Source: Cyanophora paradoxa CCMP329 (lineage: Eukaryota > Plantae > Glaucophyta). Taken from it: a DNA stretch of 64,000 nucleotides. Both the position numbers and the translations under genes were made by a program. This document shows, piece after piece, positions 34,401-46,553 of the stretch. The notes beneath the pieces are model-generated. The model had not been told where the DNA came from. It worked only from the letters and a program-made list of their open reading frames with translations, and did not search any database. The stretch lies in the NCBI GenBank assembly GCA_004431415.1, contig QPMI01000655.1, positions 1-64,000 of the forward strand, in the 5' to 3' direction. How positions within the stretch are numbered: position 1 is the stretch's first letter; every line of letters begins with the position of its first letter.

Positions 34401-37400
34401 AGCTCATCGCCCTCTCCGACGCCCTCGCCCAGTCCGCCCCGCACCCCGCCCCGCCCCCGCCCTCCGCCCCCGCCCGCCCGACGCGGCGCGGCAGCGTGAT
34501 GCGGACGCTGGCGACGGCGACGCGGCCGCTGGCGGTGGTGATCGAGGACTGCCAGCAGTGCGACGCCGCCACCTGGACCGTCCTCCGCCGCCTCCGCCGC
34601 GCCTGCCCCTTCGCCATCGTGCGCCCCAGCGCCGGCCACGCGCCGCGCCACGGCCGGCCCCGACGCCCCGCAGATGATCCTGACGCTGCGGACGGAGGAC
34701 GGGCGGCCGCCGGAGCTGGCGGGGTGGTGCCGGCGGCGGGCCCTGGCCGCCGGTGGACGCGCAGCGCGTGGACGAGGGCTCCGTCCGCGACGGCGCCCTC
34801 GCCGCGCAGACGATCCCCTGCACCGTCCTGCCCCTCGCCCCCTCGACCGCCCCGACGCCATGCGGCGCGCCCGCCCCGCCCGCCCCGCTGCGGCCCCCGG
34901 CCCGCCCTGCGGGGCGCTGAGAGGGCGGGGGCAGGCTGGTGGAGACGCTGGCGGCGCGGGAGCGGGCGGACGTGCCGCCGCTGGCGCTGCTGGAGCTGGT
35001 GAACAAGGCGGAGGGGAACCCGCTCTTCCTCTCCGAGCTCTTCCGCCAGGCCGCCGACGCCGAGGCCGCCGCCGGCGACAACCCGGGCGCCATCTCCTAC
35101 CGCCGCCGCCCCTCCATCGGCCCCGGGGACCGCCGGCCCTCAGTCGGGGGCGGGACGGACGGGGGCGGGGGCCGGCGGGGGTCGATGGGGGCGACGGAGG
35201 GGCGGCGGCCCTCGATCGGGGCGACCCTCTCGCTGGAGACGGCGGGGAGCACAACGGCGCGCGGCCGGCCCTCCGCCCGCCCCTCCCAGGCCCTGCCCGC
35301 ACCGTCCGCCCCGCCCCGCCCCCGCCCCGCCGCCGGGGCCAGGGAGGGCGGGGCGAGGCGGGGCGCAGATCGAGCAGATGCTGCTGGCGCGGGTGGACAA
35401 GCTGCCGGTGGTGCAGCAGGCGGTGGCGCGCCTGGCGGCCGTCGCCGGCATCGGCACGCCCTTCTCGCTGGAGGCGCTGCAGGCCGCCGACCCGACGGGC
35501 CTCGACGCCGACAAGCTCGCCGCCGCCCTCCAGCAGCTCTGCCGCGACCGCATCCTCCGCGTCCGCCCCGCCCGCCCCCGGCCCCGCCCCCGCGCTGAGG
35601 GCCGGGCAGCCGGCGGCGGGGAGCGCGGCGTCGGCGAAGGAGCTCGCGCGGCGGGCGGGGGTGCCGCCCCCTCGCGCCCCCCGAAGATCGACGACGCCGA
35701 GGGGCCCTACGTCTTCGTCCACGCGGTGCGCCGCCTCCTACGACGCGGTCCCCTCCCGCACCCCCGCGCGCTCGCTCACGCCCCGCCCCGCAGCTCTGGC
35801 AGGAGTCGATCTACGGTCCGCCCACGCGCCGCCCCGCCGCCCCGCCGCCCCCGTCGCACCGCGCGCGACGTGACGCGGGGCGGGGCAGACGCGATGCCGA
35901 TGGCGCAGCGGCGGGCGGCGCACGCGGCGGTGGCGGGGTGGATGGAGGGGCGCGGGGCGGCGGCGCGCTCGCGCAAGGAGCGCGCCCTCGTCGCCCTGCA
36001 CCTGCTCTCCGGCGAGGCCGGCGAGCGCGCCCTGCCGCTGGTGCTCGAGGCCGGGGAGGCGGCCGAGGCGGCGGGGGCGCTGCGGGACGCGGCGGCCCTC
36101 TACGGCGGCGCCGCCGCCCTCCTCGACGCCCTCCGCCTCGCCGGCGCCCCCGCCCCGCGCCCCGACGGCCTCGACCCCCCGAGCCGGCCGGCGCCCCCCG
36201 GCCCCTCTCCCTCCACGCCGCCCTCGCCCGCGCCCTCGACGCCGCCCGCCGCCACGGCACCGCCTCGCCCGTCCCCGGCCCCGCCCCGGCCCAGCGGCGG
36301 CCCCGGGAGGAGGGCGGTGGCGGGGGTGCGGGCGCGGGCGCTGCGGCTGTGGGCGCGGGCGGAGCTGGCGGAGGGGCGCTACGGGCGGGCCGAGGCGATC
36401 GTGGAGGAGGTGCTGCTGCCGGCGACCCCCGCCGCCGCCCCGGGGCCCCCCTCGGCACCCTCCTCGGGCCCCTCCGCCTCGCCGCCCGCCTCCGCCGCGC
36501 CCTCCGCCCGCCCCCCTCTTCCCCGCCGGCCCCGACGCCCCCGCCGGGGCCCCGGCGAGGGGCGGCGGCGGAGGCGGCGGAGGCGCTGCTCGACGTCGCG
36601 CGGGCGCGGCTCGTCGGGGCGACGGGCGCCCCGCCGCCGCCGCCGTCGCCCGCGCCCTTGCCCTCCTCCCCGCCCCGCCTCCCCGCGCCTGCTCGCCCTG
36701 CACGCGCGCGCCCGGGCGGCGCTCGGCGCGGCGCTGGCGCTGCGGGGCGAGGGGCGGCGGGCGGGAGCGGCGCTGCGGTGGGCGGAGGCGGCGAACGGGG
36801 CGCTGCAGGAGCGGAGCGTGGAGGCGGCGGTGGCGCTCGCGGCCGCGCAGGCGGCGCTGGCGGCGGGGCGGCTCGAGGAGGCGCTGGCGGCCGCCGACCG
36901 GGCGGCGGCGCTGGCGCCCGGGTGCGACCCGTCGGCCCTCTGGGAGGCGCCCTGCGTGGCGCTCTGCGCGGCGGGGCTGCTGGGGCGGCACGAGGAGGCG
37001 CAGCTGCGGGCGGAGCGAGCAAAGGAGGCGGGGGAGAAGGCGGGGGCGCGGGGCTTCTTCCCCGTGGCGGGGGCGCTGGCGCTGGCGGGGTTCGTGGGGG
37101 ACGACGACACGGCCCTCTCGGACGCCCTCGAGCTCGCGGACGCCACGCGGGGCGCGCACGGGGGGGAGGCGCCCTGGTGGGCGACCCTCGCCTCGGTCGC
37201 GGCGGCCGGCCTCCACGCGTGGCGCGCCTCCGACGACCTCCCCGAGATGGCCGCCGCCGCCCGCGAGTGCCTCGCCCTGTCCGCCCCGCCCCGCCCCGCC
37301 CCGCCCCGCCCCGCCCTCGCGCCGCTGACGGGCGGGGCGGGGTCAGGTGGCGGGAGCACGCGGGGGCCGCCTCCTCCGCCCTCCTCTTCCCCTTTGGATC

Positions 37401-37982
37401 GTCGCCGACTTCGCGTGCGCCCCCTTGCGCGCCGCCCGCGCCGCCCGCGCCGCCCGCCTCTGAGCCCCCGCCCCGCAGCATCCGCCTCGCCCTCGCCACT
37501 CGCCGCCCCGCCGGCGCCGGCCCCGCGCTCCTCTGCTGCGGGCGCCCCGCCGTGGCCCCCGCGCCGAGCGGGACGGCGCTGCCGGGGTCGCCGCCCTCGC
37601 CCCCTCGTCGGCGGGGGCCAAGAGCGAGCGGGGGCGGGAGGGGGCGGGCGGGGCGGACGCCTCGCTCCCCGCCGGGCCCCGCGAGGCGGCCGGCATGGCG
37701 CGGGAGGCGCTGCGGCTCCTCGCCGCGGCCGCACCCCGCTCCCCGCCCCTGGCCGCCCTCCGCGCCCTCGCCGCCGCGCAGCTCGCCGGGCGCCCCGCCG
37801 CCCTCGCCGCCGCCGCCGAGCAGTGCCGCCGCGCCCGCCTCCCCTTCCTCGAGGCCCTCGCCCGCCGCTCGCTGGCCCTCCGGGCGGGGCGGGGGGCGGG
37901 GCCCGAGGCCGAGCTCGCCCTGCAGGCGGCCGGCATCGCCCCGGAGGCTCTCCGCGCCCACGACCGCCTCTACCCCCTCTGA
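31421..37982 (+). CDS. Soluble adenylyl cyclase (ADCY10)-like protein: tandem class III cyclase domains, STAND P-loop ATPase, TPR-like helical tail; multi-exon
   Basis: C1: EELITILNS|YLSPVIGELHRHGAEV|LAFAGDAML (needs +1 G at 32049-32052). C2: VLFDDKGATLILAWGLP, GRTFCGSLGASCRKEF, LIGSALNMAARLM. Walker A EGEAGIGKST, Walker B VVIEDCQQCD, EGNPLF, LARVDKL, YVFVH. Confidence 0.85.
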
Positions 37983-38816
37983 GCCCCCGGCGACCCCGAG
38001 GCGCCAGCACCGCCCCTTTCATATTTCCAGTGCCTTTTTTTTCGCGCGCGCCCTCCTTCGCCCCCTTGTTTTTCTCCCGCGATCCAGCCCTTCAACTGCC
38101 AAGTTGCCGCTGGATCCGTAGTTATTGAAGAGACTGGGAGCATCGCCCAGCCTGGCAGCAGGCGGAATATTGACCACAGTTTATTTCAAACAAATTTAGC
38201 TAGATACGCTCCAAAATCATCATGATCATGATCATTCGGTTTCTAAATTCTAGTTGAAGCACCTGAGCTTGACAATGCCACATGATAAGTATTTGCAAGG
38301 AGCATGCCATCGAAGTTTGAGTATACTGGCGGAGCCTCGGAGTGGGGAGCCCCCTCAGGCCTCACTGAGTCAGCCCGGCCGCCCGGGCCCTCAGGGCCTT
38401 CAGTTTGCCAGCTGCCGCAGTGCCACGGTGCAGGTTGCAACGTTAACTTGCAAGCTTATGTGCACGTGACTTCGAAGTCGACCCTAGATCTGAGTCACTG
38501 AGTCTCGCTGCCAGGCTGATCCGATGATCATGATGAACTTGACTCCCAAGTTGAAACCGTTGAACGTGTGCGAAGTGTCGTGAGCAACCCCCGCGGGATC
38601 ATCGGACATCGATTTTGGGGCGCGATCCGATGATCCGAAATCGAACTCGAACTGGAGGAAGGGCGAGGCATGATCAACTGCCGCACTGCGGCAGTGCATG
38701 CGCAGTCAATTACATCTAGATCTGTGTACATGTGCACGTCACGGTGTCGAAGTGCAGCGGCGGGTTCCAGGGCGGGACGGGGCTACGTGCATACAGCTCA
38801 GCGGCGACGTCGACAG

Positions 38817-39569
38817 CTAGGAGGCGAGGAGGCGGGCGAGGGGCCGGAGGTCGACGCCGATGCGGGCGAGGCGGGCCGCCGCCTCCGCGTCTCCCTCGAT
38901 CGCCTCCAGCGCCCCCAGCACCAGCGCCTTGAACTTCCGCGACGTCTGCCCCCCGTCCCGCCCCGCGCCCTCAGCCCCGGCCCACGCCCTTGGCTCGCAG
39001 TGGAGGAAAGAGTTGTGCGCGGGGGCGGGCGGGCCTTCTGGAGGAGGGTCGGGTGGTCGTTGGCGATCGCCTGCAGGAGGAGCGCCGCCTGCGATCACCA
39101 TCGCGAGGCGCCGTGAGCGGGAGGAGGGGGGGGGGGGGGGGGGGGGGGGGGCGGGCTGCAACGGGCGGGCGCACGTGCTCGCGCTTGTCGCTGGCGCGCA
39201 TCCAGCCGGCGCACACGCTCACCGCCACGCGCGCCGAGTCGGGCCGCAGCTGCGCCACCTGCGCACCGGCCCGCCGCCGCGCTCGACACGTGCCGGCGCG
39301 GGGGGAGGGGCGCGGCCGGTGCCTGGTCCATGGAAACGTCGAGCAGGGCCTCCTCCAGTTCCCGCGTCTGCCGCCCCGCCCCCCTCGTAACGCCGCGGCG
39401 CCCATGGCCAGCCGGCGGGCGGGGGCCGGGGGCGCACGATGGTCGCCGCCCCCTGCGGCGCCGCGAAACGCATCACGAACTCGTGGAAGTTCGCCGCCGG
39501 CCCAGGCCCGGGGCGCGCAGCCAGCGCCTCGGGGTGCCCCGCGGCCGGCCCCTCCGCAGCTGCAGCCCA

Positions 39570-39603
<34 letters not shown>

Positions 39604-40267
39604 CTCTCGTGATGTACATGTTCCGGCAGCTCCCCAAATCCTGCAGCAGGTGGCGGCACGGCGGAGGGCGCGATCGGCGCCTTCGGAGGACTGCGCATGC
39701 GGCAGGTGTTCAGTCGAGGAAAGAGAGTCGCAGAACGAATAGAACAACAAGGGCACGCGTACGGTATTGGCAAGTCAGAGGGGATGTCCTCGAGGGCACT
39801 CTCGTCGATGACCAGGCCGCCGGGAATCTGTGCAAAATCGGAATTCGAAGGTCAGAGCTAGATCTAAGACCGTCGGCCGTGGACCGCTGGGAAGTTGCAA
39901 ACTCGCGCATGCGCAGCAGGCGCGAGGTTTTTGCGGACCTCGACGCGCAATCGCTCCTGAAGGACCTCGCCGAGCCTGTTCAGCTGCCCAATGATGCGCC
40001 TTATGTTCTCGTGGTGCATGAGCGAAAGTTTGTAGCTTGCGACGAATGAGCGCAAGTGGCACATCGAACGAATAAAAGCGCCGGCCACGGGGCGGGCGTG
40101 CTTACTTGACAATTTGCAGCCTTCTCTGGGTCGCGAAAATCGATCGCGATCTCTGATGTGAGAGCGCGCGAAAATTGAGCGCGTGAGCCAGCTAGTGAGG
40201 GCGCACTTGCTCGTCGAGCCGCTTCTGCAGCGCCCGCAGCGACAGGGCTGCCTCCTGTGCCGCCATG
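38817..40267 (-). CDS. Hypothetical protein with Pro-rich middle; multi-exon
   Basis: Exons MAAQEAALSLRALQKRLDE, IAIDFRDPEKAANC, YKLSLMHHENIRRIIGQLNRLGEVLQERLRVE, IPGGLVIDESALEDIPSDLP ... TSRKFKALVLGALEAIEGDAEAAARLARIGVDLRPLARLLAS*, bounded by GT-AG signals. TGTAA lies about 100 nt after the stop. No family recognised. Confidence 0.55.
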
Positions 40268-40618
40268 TTGAACCTGCAGCTGCGCCTCGCGATCGGAAAT
40301 CTGAGAGGAGATTTAAATTTAAAGGAAGCGTGTTGCCAAAAGTTGAGAGGACGAGGCGAGAAAAAAGGCTTAAAGGGACGTACAAGCTTAGCTTAAGGGG
40401 AGAAACAGGGCTCTGCAGCTGAGAGGGGATATCGATGCAAGATCCGATGATCGAGGAGCTAGATCGAGCCAAGGAGACCGAGAGCTCGAGAATCCCGGAG
40501 AGCTCGAGGGAGGGATTAAGGGGAGGCAGCTGCAGGACCCGGAGAGGGAGGGGTCAAGGGGAGGCAGGACCAAGAAAGTCGACGTGCAAATATCTGATCA
40601 TGCAAAAGAACAATACCA

Positions 40619-42800
40619 CTAGACGTGAAGCAAAATAACACTAAGATCAGGAGCGGAAACCACTAGAAATACGCTCCAGATAGCGAGCTGCAGAGAGCCG
40701 GGGGCGGGGGGCGGGGTCAGGCGGGGAGGCGGGGGCTCGGGGGCGGGCGGGGCCCGGGGCTGGGAGGGCCAGCGGGCGGGGCAGAGGCGGCGGGCGCCGG
40801 CGGCGTCGGCGGCGAGGAAGAGGAGGAAGGCGGCGGTGAGGGCGAGGGCCGTCCAGCCGACGAGGTCGCCCCAGAGGGCGTAGAGGGTCACCACCGGCCC
40901 GTAGCGCGGCACCTCCAGCACCTGCGCGCCCCCGCCCCCGCTCGACGCCCCGGCCCGGCCCGCCCCGACCAGGGCCGCCGGTGCCCCGCCCGCACCATGG
41001 AGCCGGCGCGGCCGATGGTCTTCATGCCGAAGACCTCGCCGTAGGGGCCGAAGGCTCCGCTCACGCCCCCCGTCGTGCACCTGCCGCCCCCGCGCGCGTC
41101 GGCCTCCGCCGCACGGGCGGGCGCGGGCGGCCGGGGGCGGGGCATGGACACCGGAAGAGGGTGAAGCCGGCCTCGAGGGCGCGGAGGGCGTTGTCGGCGG
41201 CGAAGTACTCCCCGATGGGGCCCCACGTCCAGGACGGCTGGAGGAGGAAGTCGGCGCCGGCGGCGGCGCGCACCATCGCCGGCGAGTCGGCGTCGAAGCA
41301 GATGACGGCCGCCACGCGCCCCAGCGGCTCCCCCAGGTCTACAGTCCGCACCGCCCCGGGCCCTGCCCCCGCGCCCCGCTCGGCGGGGGCGGGGGCGGGA
41401 GGGCCGGGGGCGTGCGGCGCGCACCGGGGACGACGTCGGGCTCGACGCCGGGCACGGGCCGCGCCTTCTGCCACCGCAGCGCCTCCGCCCCGCCGCCCCC
41501 GAACAGCACGAACATGTTCCGCTTGGCGCCCGGCGCGTCGTGGACGAGGTAGCTGACGCCGAGGGCGCGCCCGCGCCGCCGCGCCACGGCGGCCGCCGCC
41601 GAGAGGAGCGCCGCCTCCTCGGCGCGGTCGGCGAGGTCGGCGGCCTCCTCGCTCCAGATGACGAGGTCGGCGGGGCGCGGGCCCGAGAGCAGCGCCTCCG
41701 ACTCCGCCAGCAGCGGCTCCCACGTCCCCGCCCCCGTCGTCCTGCTCGCCCCGGCGATCGGCGCCGGCGCGGGGCGGCGCGGGGCGCGGGGGCGGCGGCT
41801 GGCACCCGTTGGCCTGGGAGGCGAGGCAGGCCATGCGGACGTGGGCGGGGATGCGCCCCTCGACGGGCCGCTGTGGCCACGTGCGCGCGGCGCCGCGCGT
41901 GGAGGCGTACAGCAGCGCGAGGCCGGCCAGCGTCGCGAAGACGGCCGCCGCGCGGCGGCGCTGGCGGCGGTGCGCGCGCGGCGTGGGCGGCTCGTCGAAG
42001 AGGGGCGACGAGGGGAGCTCGAGGGAGGGGCGCCCCGCCGAGATCACCGACCCCGCGTCCGCCGGCGAGAGCGGCGCCTCGGGGACCGGCGAGGCGGCGG
42101 GGTGCGGCTCCGCCGCGGGCCCGGGCCCCGGGGCGGGGAGGGGCAGGAGGGAGCAGAGGAAGGCGGCGATGTACCCCAGGGCGGCGACGGCGAGGGGTAC
42201 GCCGCCGAGGGAGACGAGGGCGGCGAGGGGCTGGAAGACGAGCACGCCGCCGGCGTTGAAGGCCGCGTACGCCGGCGAGCCCGTCGTCCCGATGGGCGAC
42301 GCCAGCGAGAAGGCGAACCAGACGGCGCTGAGGGAGACCGGGAAGGCGGCGTGCTGCGCCCAGGCCCAGCGCGTGCAGGCGAGGCGGTCGAGGGCGAGGG
42401 GCACGAGGGAGAGGGCGGAGACGACGGCGGCGACGCCGACGGGGAGGAGCACCCGCACCGCCTCGGGCACCGGCACCCCGCTGAAGACCCCCGCGAACGC
42501 CGCCCTGCCGGCGACTCAGGCGGCGCAACGGGGCGTGGGGCTCCGCCGAGCTCACCATGCGCCCAAGAGGAGCGTTAAAAAGATGAGGAACGCGTGGACG
42601 ACGGGCCGGGCGGCCGCAGCGACCCTCCAGCAGAGGAGGAGGGCAAACGGTTGCAGTACGCCGAAGATTGGGACCGACATGAAGCCGCCGCCGAAGACGG
42701 TGCACACGAACAGCAGCACGTACGCGCCTGCAGCTCGCGCGGTGGGCGAGCGGATCGCAGCGGCCAGCGGCTGCGGGCTCGCCGGGTGATAGGTCGTCAT
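40619..42800 (-). CDS. Membrane-anchored carbon-nitrogen hydrolase, apolipoprotein N-acyltransferase (Lnt)-like; multi-exon
   Basis: Several N-terminal TM helices. Nitrilase-fold motifs DLVIWSEEAA (Glu), RNMFVLF, WQKARPVPGVE (Lys), AVICFDAD (Cys), QPSWTW, RALEAGFTLFRC|TTGGVSGAFGPYG, and TLYALWGDLVGW followed by a TM helix as in Lnt. Confidence 0.85.
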
Positions 42801-43395
42801 CGCTGCAGTGCGAGCTTCCAGCAGCCGAGCGCCGGCCGGTCGGCGGTTTGTGACTCGGAGGGTCGCCGGCCACGCGCGGCCGGGTCAAGCGGCCGAGTCG
42901 CGTCGGGTGACAAGGAGCCTTTCAGCAGCGCGACGGTGCCCGCAGTGAAGGCGCCGCGCCGGATTTGGCGCTGCGCTCAACCCGTTAGCTCGATGTGGCA
43001 AAGCACAAGACGATGTCTGCGGACAATAGGGGCGCACAGATTAGTAATTAGCATCTACCACCGCAGCGCTCGCGCGTTCCGACAGTTGCACAACACGCAC
43101 AAATGCCCCTCTACCCTGACCTTGGACCGAAGACCCTCTACCCCCCCCCCGCCTGCTGCAGTGCGCATGCACATGCATCTCTAGGTCTCTCCGATCCGGA
43201 CCCGCCAACACCCCTCCGCAATCTAGCGCTAGCCCCGCCGCGCGGGCGCCCAGCCCGCACATGCAAAGTGGAGCTTATGTTGAAATGAAGTCGAATGCAT
43301 TGAAAGAGAACAGCGAGAAAATAGAGGAGCGCCTACAGTAAGTCTGCTACGGGCATGAAACCTAGGTCTGCGTGTGGTGGCGGGGGCGCGGGGCC

Positions 43396-45146
43396 TCAGA
43401 AGAAGAGGGGGGCGACGGAGCAGCCCTCGTGGACGCGGAGGATCGTCTCCCCCAGCAGGTTCGCCACCGAGAGGATCTGCGGCGAGTCAGCCCGGCGCGG
43501 GGCGGCACGGGGCCGGGGCGGGGGCGGGGGCGGGACGGGCCTTGAGCTGGGGGAAGCGGCTCTCCTCGGGGATGTTGATGGTGTTCGTCACGATGACCTC
43601 CTCGAAGTAGCCGGAGGAGAGGCGCTCGACGGCGGGCGGGGAGAGGACGGCGTGCGTGGCGCAGGCGTACACCTCCCGGGCGCCCTGCTCGCGCAGGAAC
43701 TTGGCCCCGTTGTAGAGGGTCCCCGCCGTGTCGATCATGTCGTCGACGAGGACGGCCACCTTGCCCCGCACGTCGCCGATGAGGTTCATCACCTCGCACT
43801 GGTTGTGCTCCTGCCGCCGCTTGTCGACGATGGCGAGCGGGGCGCCGCCGAGCTTCTTGGCGAAGGCGCGGGCGCGGCCGACGCCGCCGATGTCGGGGGA
43901 GACGACGACGAGGTCCTCGGCGAGGTTCTTGGACTGGAGGTAGTCGAGGAGCACGGGCGAGGCGTACACGTGGTCCAGCGGGATGTCGAAGTAGCCCTGC
44001 ATCTGCGCCGAGTGCAGGTCGATCGCCAGCACCCGGCTCGTCCCCGCCGCCGTGATCAGGTTCGCCACCAGCTTCGCCGTGATCGCCTCCCGCCCGGGCG
44101 TCTTGTTCGGGTGCAGCTTGTCCGCCCTCGCGTACCCGTCTGCGCCCCGTGAGCCGCGGGCGGACGCCGGCGGCAACGGGGGCGCACAGTACGGGATGAC
44201 CGCAGCGATGCTGCGGGCGGAAGCGCGGCGGCACGCGTCGATCATAATGAGCAGCTCCATAAGCCGGTTGTTGACCGCCGCGCTGCGCGTCCGTTGGTGA
44301 GGAAGGAAGGCCGCGAGGAGAGGAACGAAGAACGACGCAACGGACCTGGTGGGCTGAATGATGAACACCTGGAAAACAAAAAACAAAAAGAAAGAGAATC
44401 AGTTCTCAGCTCGGGGTCTGCCACGGCGCGCGGCGGATCCAACGCACGTCACAGCCGCGGACTGAGTCCTCGATCTTGACGTACGTCTCGCCGTCCGCGA
44501 ACGTCTTGTTCACGCACTTGCCGAGGCGGACGCCGATGTAATCGGCCACCTCCTGCGCGAGGGGCTCGTTCTGCGGATCGGAACCCAAGGGTCAGGGGCT
44601 GGCATCCCGACGCGGCCCAAGGTTGCGGGCTCACGGAGGGGCCGGCGAGGATGCGGAGGCGGCTATCGTCGACAAAGCGAGCGACAGGCATTCCCTGCGT
44701 GAACGCCTCGCTCCGCCGGATCGACTGCCGATTGCCGTTCGCGCTGCTCTCCGGGGCCGGGATCGGCGGGGGTTTCATAGACTCTGGAGGGGATTTAGCA
44801 TGAGGGGCAGCTCCCAGGCCAAGTCAAACGTACCTGATAGTTTCCGCTCGCTGGGCGTGTCGGTGGTCCGGCCAGACTCCTCCTGGTTAGCTGTGATCGA
44901 CCGAGTCACTGCGGTCCGCCTCCGCTGTGCGTTGCTTTTGATGCCTGCACTGCCTGCAAAGAACTCCGGGCGAGCATTCTCGGCGCCGAAGGTCCGCGGC
45001 TGGCGAGCAGCGCCGCTCTGTCGCGAGGGCGCGACCGATCTCGACTCCGCGCAGCTGCTGGGGGCGGCGGCAGTAACCAAGCCGATCGCTGCAGTCCGGC
45101 TGATGCCGGCGGGGCTCAACGCCGACAGCGCGAAGCAGAGCTCCAT
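43396..45146 (-). CDS. prs: Ribose-phosphate pyrophosphokinase (class I PRPP synthetase) with putative plastid transit peptide; multi-exon
   Basis: [109 protein letters not shown]-terminus [17 protein letters not shown] is Ser/Ala-rich. Confidence 0.96.
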
Positions 45147-45291
45147 GTCCCCGATCGCAGCCTGCTGTCCCGCGGGCCTGATCTTTACAACCGCTGCTTG
45201 CGGATACCTTCGAGAGACTCGCTACTAATCTCCACGAAACCCAGGTCGTGCTCTCTCGATTCCAGCCCTCACCCCCGTACCCCTTTCGACC

Positions 45292-45351
45292 GACGCTCAG
45301 GACGCTGAGGACGCTGAGGACGCCGCGGACGCTCAAACGCTGAGGACGCTC
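45292..45351. repeat. Degenerate 9-bp tandem array (GACGCTGAG)n, about 6 units, in the prs/Gemin2 divergent intergenic region
   Basis: GACGCTCAG GACGCTGAG GACGCTGAG GACGCCGCG GACGCTCAA ACGCTGAG GACGCTC read directly. Confidence 0.85.
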
Positions 45352-45419
45352 TTCGCTTCAGCGGATTCCTTTTCAACAGCCGTAGAGATTCAGGTTGCTT
45401 TAGCTGCGGCACCCAACAG

Positions 45420-46553
45420 ATGCCGCGCGAAGACGACGACGGGGAGCTGCAGCGGCCCGCCTTGCCGCTCGATGACCTCCCCTCAGGGCCTCCTCCCGAT
45501 CGACCGCCGGAGTCCGGCTTCGAGTACCTGCAGCAAGTGCGGTGAGTGCACGTACGGCGCGCCTGCAATCCCCCCGCGGCGCTCACGTACGAGCAGCTGG
45601 GAGGCGGCCCAATACCCCGACGTCGTCGTGGCGGACATAGATCCGGCGCTCCTTCAGCCGCGCGAGCCACCTCCGCCAGCTCCGCAGCGCGACACAGGGG
45701 CGCCGGAACACCTGCTTCCTTCGCGAGACTGGGAACGCGAGTTCCTGTCATGGTTCTCGGAGCTGCGACAGGTTTGTATCCCTCGCGTTTCAACCGCTTG
45801 CGCTTCGGTCGAGCGATGCACAGGCGCTGAACCGCTTGGCGACGAGGCCCATACCGGACGAGCTGCGGTCGCGGCCGTTCCCACGTATCAACGACGGCAA
45901 TGCTTGGCGCTCGTTTTGCCTGGGTCGCAAGCGGAAGATCGGGACGGAAGACCGGTCATCGGCGTCGGTGCGTCGCATGTGCACGGCGCACGTCTCACTG
46001 AGCCAGCAGAGCTCACCGCCCTGCCGCATGTGCAGGGGTTCTCATCGGCGGCGTCGGAGGCAGGCTCTAGCGATGCGCGCGGGGAAGTCAGCCCGACGGG
46101 CCCCCTCCTGCACGTAGTGCTGCGCCTGGATCAGGTGCGCTCCCGCCGCGAGAGCTCCGCGCGCGCGAGCCGCCGGCCGAGCGCGCGGGGGGCGCAGGGG
46201 GCGATCCAGACGCTGGTGGAGCGGCACGTGGAGTGGCTGGAGGGGTGCGAGGGGCGCGAGGACGGACGGCGGCCGCTCACGCGGGGGCGCGCCCTCTGGC
46301 TCTTCGCCCTCCTCGCCCGCCTCGACCGCCTCCTGCACGGCGACACCGCCGCCGCCCTCACCGCCCTCGCCCGCCTCTGCATGCGCCTCCGCGCCGCCAT
46401 GGTCCCAGCCCGCCCCGCCCGCCCCGCGACGGCCCGAGAGTGCCGGCTCACACAGGGGAGCGTGCGCAGGCGGCGGGGGAGGACGCGCAGCTGCCGGCCG
46501 CCAACATGCTCATCACCATAGTCACCAAGTACTTCAAAGTGCGCGTCGCGTAG
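45420..46553 (+). CDS. GEMIN2: Gemin2 (SIP1), SMN-complex component; multi-exon, 3' end approximate
   Basis: QRPAL, PPESGFEYLQQVR|WEAAQYPDVVVA, WEREFLSWFSELRQ, WLFALLARLDRLLHGDTAAALTALARLCMRLR, ANMLITIVTKYF match Gemin2 conserved blocks. Confidence 0.88.

Noticed and set aside
1-45146. Bacterial contig or operon (pepN, mnmG, lnt-like, prs)
   Set aside because: All are interrupted by spliceosomal introns, several carry targeting peptides, and they are interleaved with eukaryote-specific genes.
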